DNA from: the human T2T-CHM13v2.0 reference genome, Homo sapiens
DNA length: 64,000 bases
Assembly (NCBI RefSeq): GCF_009914755.1
Contig: NC_060930.1
Direction: 5' to 3' (one strand)
In this document: one piece after another, positions 45,256-59,908 of the stretch
Layout: the number at the start of each line of letters is the position of its first letter
Numbering within the stretch: the first letter of the stretch is position 1
Notes under the pieces: generated by a model
The model's input: only the letters and a program-made list of their open reading frames with translations
Told to the model about the DNA's origin: nothing
The model's database searches: none
Program-made: the position numbers and the translations under genes

Positions 45256-48200
45256 TGTATGTTCTTTAACAGTAGATTATTATCCTGGAAGAACTAATCT
45301 TTATAATTACCAGATTCTTACTTCAGAGCAGTGGCATTTGGGGAGTTGGTGGCAGGTCTAACCTTCAGTCCTGCCCTATTTACTGCCATTTCCAAGGACC
45401 TTGGGATCATATAATGGTAGAGTTGAAAGACAGGTGGAAATTCTAGTCCAGTTCCCTCATTTTATTCATCAGAAGTAATGTGCAAATTCATATGCATACT
45501 CCCAGTGGGCCTTAAGATCACCTCAAGTTTCTCTCTGTTTCAAACTGAAGTGTCTGTTCTATACTCAGAATCATCTTTAGAACACTTGAGTGAGATCTCT
45601 AGTTCAGCCCTTTGAAAAACTGATGCTTGGATAAATTAAGTGACGCTCTCACTTTATTTAAAGATGATTGAGAATTGGCTATCACTGGCCTATTTTCTGG
45701 TCTTACAAGTAGTTCTGCCAAAGAGGCTAATTTCTAACTGGGAATTGTCTTTTGTCCCCAGAGGGAAATGGAACATGAACTGGATTGGAGGCACAGTCCT
45801 AAAGAGAGGGATACTCAGAGAACTTTGCAGAACTTTTTGGGTTAAAAAAAACAACTACTCTTTTCTGGTGCTACTGCAGTTTTTCTATCAAAAACAAAAT
45901 CCAGGAACAAAAATACTCTGGCAGAAACCAGGAAACCAAATATCAGAAACCAAAGAGCCAACTCTATGGTTTCTGAACAGAGTGTACCATTTAGGATCCT
46001 GTTTAGCTACCTTTGGGTTTATTGGAAAACTACTCCATTGTGGTTACAAGTGGAAAACAATTTAAAGGCTCTTCTTTGGCTTTGGTACTTTTACAGGGTT
46101 TCACATTTCTAATAGTAAACGCTTCAGAAAGTTTGAAGAAATATCCTATTCTCAGAGAGAGGGTAGGGGAAAGCTTAACTTTATTTTTCTCTATCCCTCC
46201 CCTCCCAGAGTCCAGAAAACGGGCCCTAAATTCCCAGGACAGATTTGTTTCAACCTCAGGACAGTTGCTTAAGCAGTTAATGCTCAGCAGTATAGAACTT
46301 GTTTCCTTTTGTTAACGCTGAGGTTGCTACGGTACTTGGCCAGCTGTGGAGGTTTGTGAGCTGGACCTCAAGCTATTAAGAATAGCTTTGGTTGGTTTCG
46401 CCTTAATCCAAATGAACAGTTACCAGAGGACATGATGTAGAAGAGGTTATCGGAGGTTAGTTCTTAAAGGTCTTTAAGATCAGCCTGTTGTAATTCACAT
46501 TCAGTAAAGCTATGGTTTATAACTGGTAAGCTGAGTAAATGGATTATCTCTAAGCCTTACTATTTTTAACCTTACTCCCCAAATAAATGGTGAATTGTCA
46601 CGTCACTTCCAAAAGGTTTTATTTCAGTGAGTGTTTAGAGACTAGACAGATTTCACTTTGTTCCTGGAGAAGTCATGGTTGTGGTGACTGAGGGCATTGT
46701 CTGCTATTGTGGGAGAGGCACCAAGATGTTACACACTTGGTTGCTGATGGGCCTGGGTTCTAGGCCAGGTTTAGATGCTTAGTATCTGAGTCACCTAGAG
46801 CAAAGTTGTAAAGCTGTGCTCTTGATCTCTTTAGCTTTAAAATCAGCCAAAATACGATTTGGCCTATTAGCTTTCCAGGTGGTGATGAAAAGACACTATT
46901 GAGGTTGCAGGTGGTATTGTTAAGAAGGGAAGCAGGAAGACTGAGCATCAGATAGGCCTGTGAGTTTGTTTCTCGCTGCATCTCTCTTTGTATATAACGC
47001 TGTGGATCGCTTTTAAGGCTAAGGTATTTGTGTTTCTGGGTTAGCCACTTGTGCCAACAAAGCGACCTCTCTTTAACTGGAAAGCAGTTTGGTGTTCTCA
47101 CTCATTTCTTCAGGACATATCATTACAGGTCTTTGAGTTGTAGTTAGGACTTTACACGTATGAATATGCTGCTAACACGCCTGGAGGACTTAACTGTTGA
47201 CAACAGGGCTCCTTTTGCCTAGACTAGAGTTTTTTCATTAAATTCAGGAGATGTGCCTGTTGAATTTTTTTTAAATGTACACATACATGCACACATATGT
47301 ACATTTTTGAAAAGAAAACAGTTGGGGGAAACCTGTCACCACTCCTCTTATCTGAGTTCCTTGCAGATTTGGCCATATATGCATGCATTGTTTGCTTGGC
47401 TGCAGTAAGAGATTTTTTTTGCACTTTGCTTTGTTTCCCCTTCCCCTCCCCATATACAGGCTTTACAATGGCTATTTAAAATCGTTGCTTTAATAGGACA
47501 AGGGTTGAATGGATTTATAATTTATTTAATTATTTCCTCACTGGAGAGCCCTTGATTTTTTTCCTCTTTATTTTAATATTCTTCAATATTATAGGTATTG
47601 TTTTTGTAATTTTAAAATAAAAGGACTGAGTCTAAGAGTCCTGTAAATTGCTTAGATTCTGTTAATAACTGGACTCCTTATCAGGAACTCAGAGTAAACT
47701 GGCCACAGGAAAATTTGCCTCACAAGAAACTCAATAGAATTAAAAGGAGAGGATTCAGTGTTCTTAAGTACAAGTGAAAGTCATGGGACTGGACCGCTTA
47801 GCTTCATGGGCTGAGCCTCTTCACCTTTGTGCTCTAAGAGGAAAAAACAGTGGAGCTTTCTGAGTTTTGTGTGTGCCCCTGTGTTTTGGTTTTTAAGAGA
47901 GAGAACGCATTCATACTCTGTTGTCTTTGCAAGTAGATAGAAGTGATAGGACAGGGACTGGGTGAAGTCTGAGGCATTTAAATACAGTGTAAAACAGTGC
48001 AGAGAGCAGCCCTCCCCATTTTCCTATCGCCCACACCTTTTGTTCCTTTTCCTCCCTCCACATCTTGTAACCCAGAAAGGATAAAAACTCTTTTCCTATA
48101 ATCCTGCTGTTTTTGTGGCATTTGGATAATTTTACAGTGACATAAAATTGCCTCCCTGTTTTGAAACTGGTGATTTATTTTGAAAATTACCTGTGGAAAA

Positions 48201-49745
48201 CAATCGTAGTTATTGAGTTGTAATTTGAAAACACTGAAATTTACCAATTTAAGTATAAAATTTGAGTTTTAGTGAATGTGTACAGTTGTATAACACCACA
48301 ATTATGATAAAACATTTCAAACATTTCATCGCCACAAAAAATTCCCTCATGGCTTATTTTCATCAGTCCCTCTCCCTCCCCCTACCCACCCACAACTGCT
48401 GAGCTACTTTTTGCCTTTTCTAGAATTTCGTATAAATGTAGAGTCATTACTGTATGTAGCCCTTTGTGTTAGCATCTTTCACTTAGTAGAGTGCATTTGA
48501 GATTCATCCATGCCTTTTGTCAGTGGCTCATTCTTTTAATTGCTGAGAAGTATGCCATTGTTGTATGGATATTCTGTTATAGAAATATACCGGAATATTT
48601 TATCCATTCACCAGGGGATAGACATTTGGGTTGTTTCCAGTTTTTTACAGTTATGAATAAAACTGCTATTAATATCTATGTTCAGGACTTTTGGGGATGT
48701 ATTTATTCATGTATTTGTGATAAATGCCTAGGAGTAGGACTGCTGGGTGGTAAGTGCAGTGTATGTTTAACTTTATAAGAAACTGCCAAACTGTTTTCCA
48801 GAGTGAATGTACTGTTTTGCATTTCTGCCAGCAATGTATGAGAGTTCTAGTTGTTTCACCTCCTCTCCAACACATGTAATTGCCAGTATTTTTACTTTTC
48901 TCCATTGTATAATGTAGTGGTAGATACCTCATTGTAATTTTAATTTGCATTTGCTTAATGATTAATAATGTTATGCATCTTTTCATGTGCTTATTTGTAA
49001 ATTGTATATCTTCTTTGGTGACGTGTCTATTGAAATCTTTTGCCTTTTTTTTTTTTTTAAAGGATTGTATTCACACCATTTAGTTAGGAATTTCTTATGT
49101 ATTCTGAATACATGTCTTTTATCAGAAATAAGTATTGCCAGTACTTTTTCTTGTTTGTGGATTGCTTATTCATTTTGTTAACAGTGTCCTAACAACTAAA
49201 GAGCTAAGTTTTAGCTCTTAAATTTAAGACTTTGATCCATTTGGAGATAATTTTAATATTTTGTATGAGTCTGGATTCATTTATCCATTGAACTTCCTTG
49301 ACACCTTCGTGTATTTCTAGACCCTCTGTTCTATTGATTGCATGTTTTCTTTCTTATACTAATACTACATTGGTCTTTATTACTGTAGCTTTATTTTGTC
49401 AGGTAGTATAACTCTTCCAATTTAGTTCTTTTTCAAAATCATTTGTACTGTTCTAGATCTAGTCATCTTTAATTTCTCTCAGCAGTGTTTATATGTTTTA
49501 AAATACAATTCTTACATACTGTTTGTGAAATTTATCCCCAAGAGCTTCATCTTTTGATACTATTGTAAATGATATTTTAAAAATTAGTTTCCATTTGTTT
49601 AGTATGTAAAAATATAATTAATTGGGTTTTGTGTATTGACCTTAATGTTGTAACTGCTAAACTCATGTATTAGTTGTAATACCCTTTTTGTAGAGTTCTT
49701 AGGATTTTTTTACATTGATGATCATGTCTATAAATAGAGTTTTCT

Positions 49746-50165
<420 letters not shown>

Positions 50166-53100
50166 TTACCATTTTTCTCATCTTAAGGGGAAAGCATTCA
50201 GTCTTTCACTGTTAAGTATCATGTTAGGTGTAAGTTTGTCACATATTTCCTTTATCAGGCTGAGGTAGTTTTCTCTATTCCTATGTGTTGAGTAGTTTTT
50301 GTTTTTTAAATTATGAGTGGATATTGAATTTTGTCAGATGCTTTTTCCTCACCTGTTGAGAAGATCAGATGGTTTTTCTTTTTCAGTCTTTTAATATGAT
50401 GAAATACATTGACTGATTTGCAATGTTAAACCAACCTTACATTCCTGGGATAAATCCCACCTGGTCTTGATATGTTACCATGAGATTCAAGTAGCTAAAA
50501 TTTTGTTAAGGATTTTTGTGTCTGTCTTCATGAGGAATATTGATCTATACATTTCTTATAATATCTTTGCCTGTTTTTGGTACCAGGGTAATGGTGGTCT
50601 TATAACATGAGTTGGAAAGTGTTCCCTGTTCTGCTCTGGTAGCACTGTAGTATCTCTTCCTTAAATGTTTGGTAGAATTCAACGGCAGTTAAGCCATCAG
50701 AGCCTGGAGTTTTTTTGTGTGTGAGGAAATGTTTAACTGCTAATTCAATTTATTTCATAGATACAATGCTGTTGGCTTGTCTGTTTCTTCTTGAATGAGT
50801 TTTGGTAGTCTGTGTCTTTTAAGGAATTTGCCCATTTTATTTAAGTTGTCTAATTTATGGGCATAAAGTCATTTATAATGTTCTCTTATTATCCTTTTAA
50901 TAGATATATCATCTGTAGTGATTTCATTTTCATTCCTGATGTTGATAATTTGTCTTAACTCCCTTTCCCCCTCATTCCTTATCTGTTTAGTGCCTTGCAA
51001 TTTCATTGATCTTTTAAACGAATTAACATTTGCTTCCACTGACTTTTCCCCCGTTACTTTTATGTTTTTACTTCCATTGATTTTTTTTTTCTCTTTTAAT
51101 CTTTTATTTCTTTTCTTCTGCATGTTGTGGGTTTAATTTGCTCTTTTTCTGGCATCTTAAGGTGAAACCTTAGATCATTTACTTGAGACCTTCCTTCCTA
51201 ATATAAATGTTGAAAGCTATACATTCCTTGCTACAACTGCTATAGATGCATCCAGTGAAGTTTGTTTTTGCATTCAGTTCAAAATTGTTTCTATTTTACC
51301 TGTAATTACTTTGGTCTGCAGTTTGTTTAGAAGTTAATTTTTAAATTTCCAAGTATTTGGAGGATTTTCTGGATATTTTTCTATTACTGTTTTCTAACTA
51401 AATTCTTTTGTGGTTGGAGAATCTGTTTTGTGTTGTTTTAAATTTGTTGAGACTTGTTTTATGAGCCAAGAATATTGTCTATCTTATTGAATGTTTTCCA
51501 TGTACTTAAAAAGAATGTGTTTTCTGCTGTTTTGGGTGATTTGTTCTATAAATGTGAATTAGGTCAAGTTAGTCAAGTTCATTTTCTCACTACATGTTCT
51601 ATCAATTACTGTGAAAGGAATGTTGAAATATCCAGCTGTAATTGTGGATTTGTCTACTTCAATTCTATTAGATTTTGCTTCATGTTTTTAACAAACTTTA
51701 ATTGAAAAATAATAATTGTATACTGCTTTATGTATTTTGAAAATCTATTATTAGGCAGATTAACATTTAAGGTTGTTATATCCTCCTGATACATTGACTC
51801 TTCTATTATGAATTGTCTCTCTTCATCCTTGGCAGTATTTGTTGTTGAAATCTGTTCATTAATAACTGTTAATAATATAGTTACTCCAGCTTTCTTTTGA
51901 CTACTGTTTGTATGGCAGATCTTTTTTCCTTGTACTTCTAATCTATCTGTGTCTTTATATTTAAAGTGGATTCCATGCAGATAGCAAATTGTTGGGTGTT
52001 TTTTAATCCAATCTGACAATCTCTGGCTTTTATTTGGAGGGTTTTTTGTTGATGTTTTGTTTTTTTTTTGTTTTTTATTTTTTGCGTTTTTTTCAAAGAC
52101 CATTTTGTTTAATGTAATTATATTTGGGTTTAAATCTGTTATCTTGCTATTAGTTTTCTATTTGTCCCATTTGTTCTTTGTGTCCTATTCCCCCTTTTCT
52201 TGCCTTCTCTTGAGTTAGGTGGTTTTGTTTGGTTTTAATGAACCCGTGTTATCTCCACTCTTGGCTTATTAGGTACATCTCTTTGTTATTTTTTAATGGT
52301 TGCGCTAGGATTTACACATCTTTAACTGATGATAGTCAATCTTCTGCCACTTTACATGGAGTATAAAATCCTTGAAACAATATACAGCCACTTCTCCCTT
52401 ATTATTCTTAGTGCTATTTTCTTCTACATGTATGTTATAAGCCCCAGAATATATTGTTATTTTTGCCTTAGATAGTCATTATCTTTTAAAGAGATTGAAG
52501 ATAAGAAAATATTGTCTATATTTACTCATATATTGATCATTCCCCGCTCTTCATTCCTTTAAGTTCAGATGCCCATCTGGTATCATTTTCTCTCTGCTTG
52601 ATGAAACTACTTTTTAAAATATCTCTTTGAATGTACCACTGCTGGCATTGATTCTCATTTTTGTTTGCCTGAAAGAGTCTTTATTTTATCTTCGTTTTTG
52701 AAAGACACTTTTAATAGGTATAAATTTCTAGATTGGTAGCTTTTTCCCTCTCTTAGTAAGGATGTTCCTCCATTGTCTCACATAGTCTCTGAAAAGTGAT
52801 TTGCTCATTCTATATTTCTCTTAATGTCTTTTTTCTTCTGCCGCTTTTAAGTATTTTTTTTTTGTATCACTGGTTTTTATTATTGTGATGTGCCCTCTTT
52901 AATTACATCTGTTCTTTTTGGAGTTTGTTGAGTTTTTCTTGGATCTGAGTGTTTATAGTTTTTTATAAAAAAAATTTAAAATCCAGCCATTATTTCTTCA
53001 GATTTTTTTTCCATCCTCTCCCTCTTTCCTCTTCTTTTATGATCTCAATTACACATATGTTAGACAATTTAGTATTGTCCCCATAGATCACTGGATACTC

Positions 53101-53173
53101 TCAATTTCATTTTCAGTCTTTCCCTGTGCTTCATTTGGGTTAGTTGGTTAGTTGCTGTTGTTGTGTCTTATAA

Positions 53174-53944
<771 letters not shown>

Positions 53945-53954
53945 ATATTTATAA

Positions 53955-54575
53955 CTTTTTAACAGCTTTGTTGAGACCTAATTCACATTGCCATATAATT
54001 TACCAATTTAAAGTTTGCAAATTGATGGTTTTTAGTATATTCACAGAGTTGTGCAACTATCTGTTGTGCAACCACAATCTAATTTTAGAATACTTTCGTC
54101 ACCCCACAAAGAAACCTTGTATCCATTAGCGGTCATTTCCCATGTACCCCACTCCTTTTCAGCCTATATTGATATGAAATGTCAGTCTATAGGGACTCTT
54201 CTGGACATTTCATATCAATGGAATCATATAATAGGTAGTACTTTGTGAGTGCCTTCTTTCACTTAGTATGTTTTCCAGGTTCATCCATGTTGGTAGCATT
54301 TATCAGTACTTAATTTCTTTTTATTGCTAAATAATAATCCATTATATGGATATACTACATTTTATTTATTCATCAGTTGCTGGGCATTTGAATTGTTTCC
54401 AGTTTTTAGCTATTATGAATAATGCTGCTGTGAACATTTGTTACCAGTTTTTATGTGGACATATTATTTTAATGTCTTTGGGTATATGCCTAGGAGGGAA
54501 TTGCTGGGTCATGTGGTAACTCTCTTTAACCTTTTGAGGAACTGCCAAGTTGTTTTTTAAAGAAGCTGCACTGTT
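53955..54575 (-). mobile_element. L1MB-like 3' end inserted in the older L1
   Basis: aacagctttgttgagacctaattcaca..tttagtatattcacagagttgtgcaac..ggacatttcatatcaatggaatcata..cctaggagggaattgctgggtcatgtggtaactc..gaggaactgcca. Confidence 0.8.
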
Positions 54576-54740
54576 ATAATAGCTAGTTCAGTGCCCTTGT
54601 CTGCTAGTCCCATCATCTTGTCTCATTTCTGGGTCTGTTAATTGATTGATTATTTTCATTTTTATGGGTCATATTTTCCTGTTCCTTTGCTATGCCTGGT
54701 AATTTTTACTTGGATACCAGGCATTGTGAATTTTACATAG

Positions 54741-55758
54741 TTTTTTTTTCATATTAAACAAGAAGTTTATTTAAACAGTAAGACGCTTGACTTAAAGAGA
54801 AAACTATATAGGATTCTTTTTTTTTTAGAGTAGTTTATCCCTAGATAAAGACAGATTGCCCTACATATAACAGCTACATACAAAAAAGTTATAAAATTGT
54901 CCTTGGTTTTACAGTGATCAATTAAAAACATGAAAATTCTCCAGTTGAACAAGGTATGCAAGGATTTTTATGGGTTTTTTGTTTGTTTGTTTGTTGTTGT
55001 TAAAACAGAGCAAAATAACTTACTGGAATATGAAGAGCAGGATGAGCATGCCACTAATGGAGAGTGGGGGTGTTTTCACAGAATCAGTGTTTTTCCCCAT
55101 CCCGTCTCCACTTGATGTCAATCAAAACATACCGTTGGCTGTTAAAAAAAAAATGCAGTGTGCTTGTGCACATATACCAGTTACTTTTATGTACAGTAAA
55201 AGAATGGAGAAGGAGGAAATGAACAAACAGAGAAAACTATGCTGTAGTAGTCAGGGATGTATTGGAACCAAATTGCAGTTTTCTACTTGAGAAGGTAATC
55301 GTGGTCTGCGAGAACAGAGTTCTGGAATGAAGAAGCAGGTTCCCTTCTCAGTAGACACCTCCCATCTGCTGTTGGAACACGTCAATCGTATCTTCATTCT
55401 CCATTTCCAACTGTACAGGTGTGTCTTTTTCATTGATTTGGTTGCCGGTCAAATCAGAGTCTGATCTGCCTCATGGACAATCCCTGTCATTCACAATAGG
55501 CTTTCATTAGTTTACTAAGTGGTGTATGCCTCTTAATCTTAAACTGCACCACAGAACCACCCTGCCCCACCACCTTCAAATTAATATGATTGTTCTTAGT
55601 CTTGACTCCTTCCTGGGGCTTTTTGTCAGCCATGATGAGCACCGGTTTCTCCTCAGCTGCCGCTTCACAAAAGAGATATCAGGTCCACACTGAACGAGCA
55701 CATGAGCAGCACCAGGAGCCACAGAAGAAGGAGGCAGCAGCAGCAGATGAAGGAGAGG
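54741..55758 (-). pseudogene. SUMO2P8: Processed SUMO2 pseudogene (full mRNA copy: 5' UTR, CDS remnant 55633-55348, 3' UTR, poly-A)
   Basis: Minus-strand translation: [63 protein letters not shown]/fs/[29 protein letters not shown], versus SUMO2 [36 protein letters not shown]. Intronless, with stops at 55487-55489 and 55454-55456, a 3-nt deletion and a +1 frameshift. AATAAA at 54766-54771 (minus), residual poly-A 54741-54749, TSD gaattttac. SUMO2 origin is certain; the P8 number is recalled and less sure. Confidence 0.93.
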
Positions 55759-58700
55759 GAATTTTACTTCATTGAGTGCTAGATTTTGTTGTATTCTTTT
55801 CAAAAGCGCTAGACTTTGTTCTGGCATGCAGTTAAGTTACTTGGAATCAGTGGTATCGTTTTGAAGCTAGCATGTAAACTTTGTTAGGCTGGCTCCAGAG
55901 CACCCATTAGGAATGATGTAGCCCGAGTACTTATCTGCCGTAAGGCAGTATTCTTCTGAGGACTTTACCTGATGTTGTGTGTCTTGTGAATTATTTTTGT
56001 TTTTGTTGCTGGTGGAAACATGAACTATTGCTAGCTTTATGTGAACTGTAGGACTTCTTAGGCCAACTGCTTTCTGGTGCTCGTATCCCTAACTTTAAGT
56101 AGTTTCCTTTGAGAGATGTGCAGATCAGTCTAAGACTCTAGGAACCGACCCTTTTGTGCTGCTCTCTTCTCCTGGGTGTTCTGCCCTTCCAATTCTAGCC
56201 GTTTTGGCCTCCTTGAATGTGGCTTCTCTGATTACTAATCTGTGTTACCTCTACTCAGTAAGACTGACATGCTCTGTGTTCCCCCTTCTCTTTGCTGTGG
56301 CTTGGACACTACCTCCTGGCAGTAAGTTCAGGCAAATAAGTTCAAGGCTTGTCTCATATGTTTCACTGTTCTCAGAAATTAAGTCCTATACTGCCTGTTG
56401 TCCAATGTCTGAAAACAGTTGTCTTGTGTTTTGCCTGGTTTTCTAGTTGTTCCTCTATCATAGATGGAATCCATAATAAATATGATGCCAATGCCAAAAT
56501 CTGCTACTATATTACTCTTTAAAGCAGAGACTGTATAGGAAGAGGAAAAAAGAAATCAGTGTAACCGTGGGGGCAAGGCAGGAAGCATTCTGTTTATGTA
56601 ACACAGACGTGGCATTCTTTACTTTCTAACTTAGGACATTTGTGATTTGAAGAAGAGACACCTGAATTTTCAATATGTTAGTCTTTGTTGGAATAATTGG
56701 CTCTTCTCATTCTTTAGTCATCAAATAATACTTATTAAATACCAACTAAGTGCTTTGTGCCCTGCTAGGCATTACTTCTCTTTATTCTACTTCTTAACAG
56801 TTGGAATATGCCAAACAAATGAAATAAAAATAGTTTTCCTATTCTAGTTACAGGTTGGATTCTTGGATTTATCTCCCAAGCTTTGACATTCAGAAACTGA
56901 AAGTGGAATATAGTGTATTCTCAGATGTAAAGTTGATCTCATTTCCTCACTGGCCATCTGTTTATTTGCGTCTAAGAATAACAAAACTTTCATAGTCATA
57001 TCTGTATTTTTTAATTACTAAAAATAATGAATGGACTGAACCATGCTTGCCCCACTTTTGAAACAATTCCTTCTATAGACTGTTGCAGTAGGAAGCTAAT
57101 ACCCCTGATTAAGAATAAAGACCAGACCTACATAAGCATATGTTGTATTGGTGTATCTGAAGTCATGAGGATGTGATTAATGGTCCTTAAGAGTTTTAAT
57201 TTGGCGTGTCTTAATGCCTAAATCTCACTTAAGCTTGGTTGCAAAGCCTGGCAAATCAGTCTTCTGTACATGGCAAGCTAAGATGTGGCACCATCTTCTT
57301 GAGGTTTCATATCCTAAACCTGTCTGTCCTTACAGGTTAAATTCAAAGGATAGGGCCAAGCTTGATTTGCTGTAGTCATAGTGAATCATCACAGATCCAT
57401 TCTTAGTGCAGAAGAGTTAAATAATTCCTTGGCCAAGAGCATGGTGCCTTCCCCAGACCAATTTCTAACAGTGTCCTCTGTTAGATCTTTAAGTTAATAA
57501 ATTCTTTTATTAGATTTTTGGGTCAGAAAAACAGACTATGCTTGTACTCAGGAGCCCAGAAATACATAATATAATTGACTAATTCCTGTCTTTGAGGTCT
57601 TAACGTGGTTTCATGTGCCTTTTGATTTGTTTTTACATGTGGATCATTTTCCCTTAACACTTTAATATGATACAATTTTTGTCTATCGTTTTTCTTAAAT
57701 AGGAGGGAGAAAATTTTTTTTAGTAGGAAAATATCTGGTGGTAAGTGGCATCTTTTTATTCCATGTGGGATGCAGAAGTTTCTCCCAAAAACTGAAGTGA
57801 CCTGCTTTTTGCAGATAGGACCCCTGTATTTCTCCCATATTACTTTATAGCTGGTAGATGGTAGGGCTGTACACAGCAAATGGGTTTGAATGCATGATGG
57901 TTTTCTGGTGGAGCTGAGATAATTAGTATTATGAAGCCACGCTTCTGATTGTGAGAATGAGAACATCAAGTCATTATTTATCTTGGAAAGAACGAATAAT
58001 TTGTTTATAGTAATAACAATTTTCTTTTATTTTTCTTTCTCTTAGTCAATAGCTGCTGCTGTTGGCAGCTTATTATGAAAAGATTTCAAGTTGTAGTTTT
58101 TAACCTGGGGTGGGAGTAGGGGAGAAGAAAATTAATATCGTAAATGTTTTTACTTGATAAAAGTTTTATTTGATACAGAGCCTATACTGGTGTTTTTATT
58201 GAATAGTGTTTTATTGCTGACATTCAATACTCTCTTTGCCTGTAGCCTCCCACGTTATCCAAAATGAAGGCACTTCTTAGATGTTTCAATGAATGATACA
58301 ACCAAAAATATTAAAATGCCTATTTAAGTCATATCTTATTTAAAGCCCCATTTCAAAGGAGGATTTTGAGGATAATTAGTATTTTAATTGTTAAAGTTAG
58401 ATAATTTTGTTTGGATGGAAAATCTATGTTCCTGTGAAATTGGGGTTTATGAAATAAGATTGGAAAAAAATAGAGTGTATAATTGGGCACATTCTGTACT
58501 GCTTAGTGAATCACCAAACGAGTGTAATCACCATTAAGCACTTTAAAAGCTATGCTTGTATGTCCTCGCTCTGCCTGCAGAGCTAGGAGTGCCCACGAGG
58601 AACAGCAGTTCATTCAGGCTGTAGTCATTGGGGTGACTCGTGGAACCCCTGCCTGTGTGAGTAAGCCCGCTGCCTTGCCAACTGCCTGCTGTGTGAGTCT

Positions 58701-58829
58701 CAAAGACATCAGATGTCATCAAGCCACAAGGACTTCTTGGTCATTCTTAAGGCCATGGCAGGAGCACAGTTCAAAATCCAATTCACAAGGCAACGTCTGG
58801 AAGAAAGAATCAAGTATGTGTGTAGTGCA

Positions 58830-59040
58830 TGATGTACCTCAGCTACTGTAGTGAAAAATTGTTGGGATGAGTCTTTCACCATGTTAGTGTTTTTTTTTGT
58901 TTTGTTTTGTTTTTTGAGACAGAGTCTTCCTCTGTCACCCAGGCTGGTGTGCAGTGCTAAATATCCTGCAGTGCATAGGAGAGGCCCACAGCAGATGTGT
59001 CCAGCTCAAAATGCCAGTAGTGCCAGGGCTGAGAAACCTA
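58830..59040. mobile_element. MER20-like remnant whose centre is replaced by a short antisense Alu 3' end (58889-58954)
   Basis: tgctaaatatcctgcagtgcatagga..cccacagca..tccagctcaaaatgccagtagtgccagggctgagaaacc matches the MER20 end; it is preceded by (TTTTG)n gagacagagtcttcctctgtcacccaggctggtgtgcag. Confidence 0.7.
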
Positions 59041-59318
59041 CCTGAAGCCTCACAGTGGCATGGTCCGTTTCAGAAGTATGTGGGAGAGAAAATTGAAGGT
59101 GAGAGGTCTGTAGCTCTCCTGAAGTCAGGCCACATAAGTACTTTGCCAGGTAGGTAGTGCCTAGTGACAGGGATGTACTAGAAAGAATTCCTCTTGAGCT
59201 TGGCCTTGGGTCTCGTGCAGACATGTTCATGTGACATTAGGGGAGGCTGTGGGCCTCAGGCAGCTAAGGAGTAACTGGCAAGTTTTGTATGGAGAGTCGG
59301 GAAGACAGAAGCAGGGGC

Positions 59319-59756
<438 letters not shown>

Positions 59757-59859
59757 TCAGACATTTCCTTTTGGGGTCAAATGAGAGGAAGGAGTCCTTG
59801 CCCCTTGGAGAATTACTGCAAGGATCTGGTTGAGTTGAGAATTTGTTTCCCCCACCAGT

Positions 59860-59908
59860 ATTGTTTTTGGTGTTTTTTTGTTTTGTTTTATTTGTTTTGT
59901 TTTGTTTT
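59860..59908 (+). repeat. Imperfect (TTTTG)n simple repeat
   Basis: Directly visible. Confidence 0.8.

Noticed and set aside
55576-55827. 83-aa ORF with a signal-peptide-like stretch (FPLLHLLLLPPSSVA)
   Set aside because: Out-of-frame reading of the SUMO2 pseudogene 5' UTR and flanking L1; non-ATG start.
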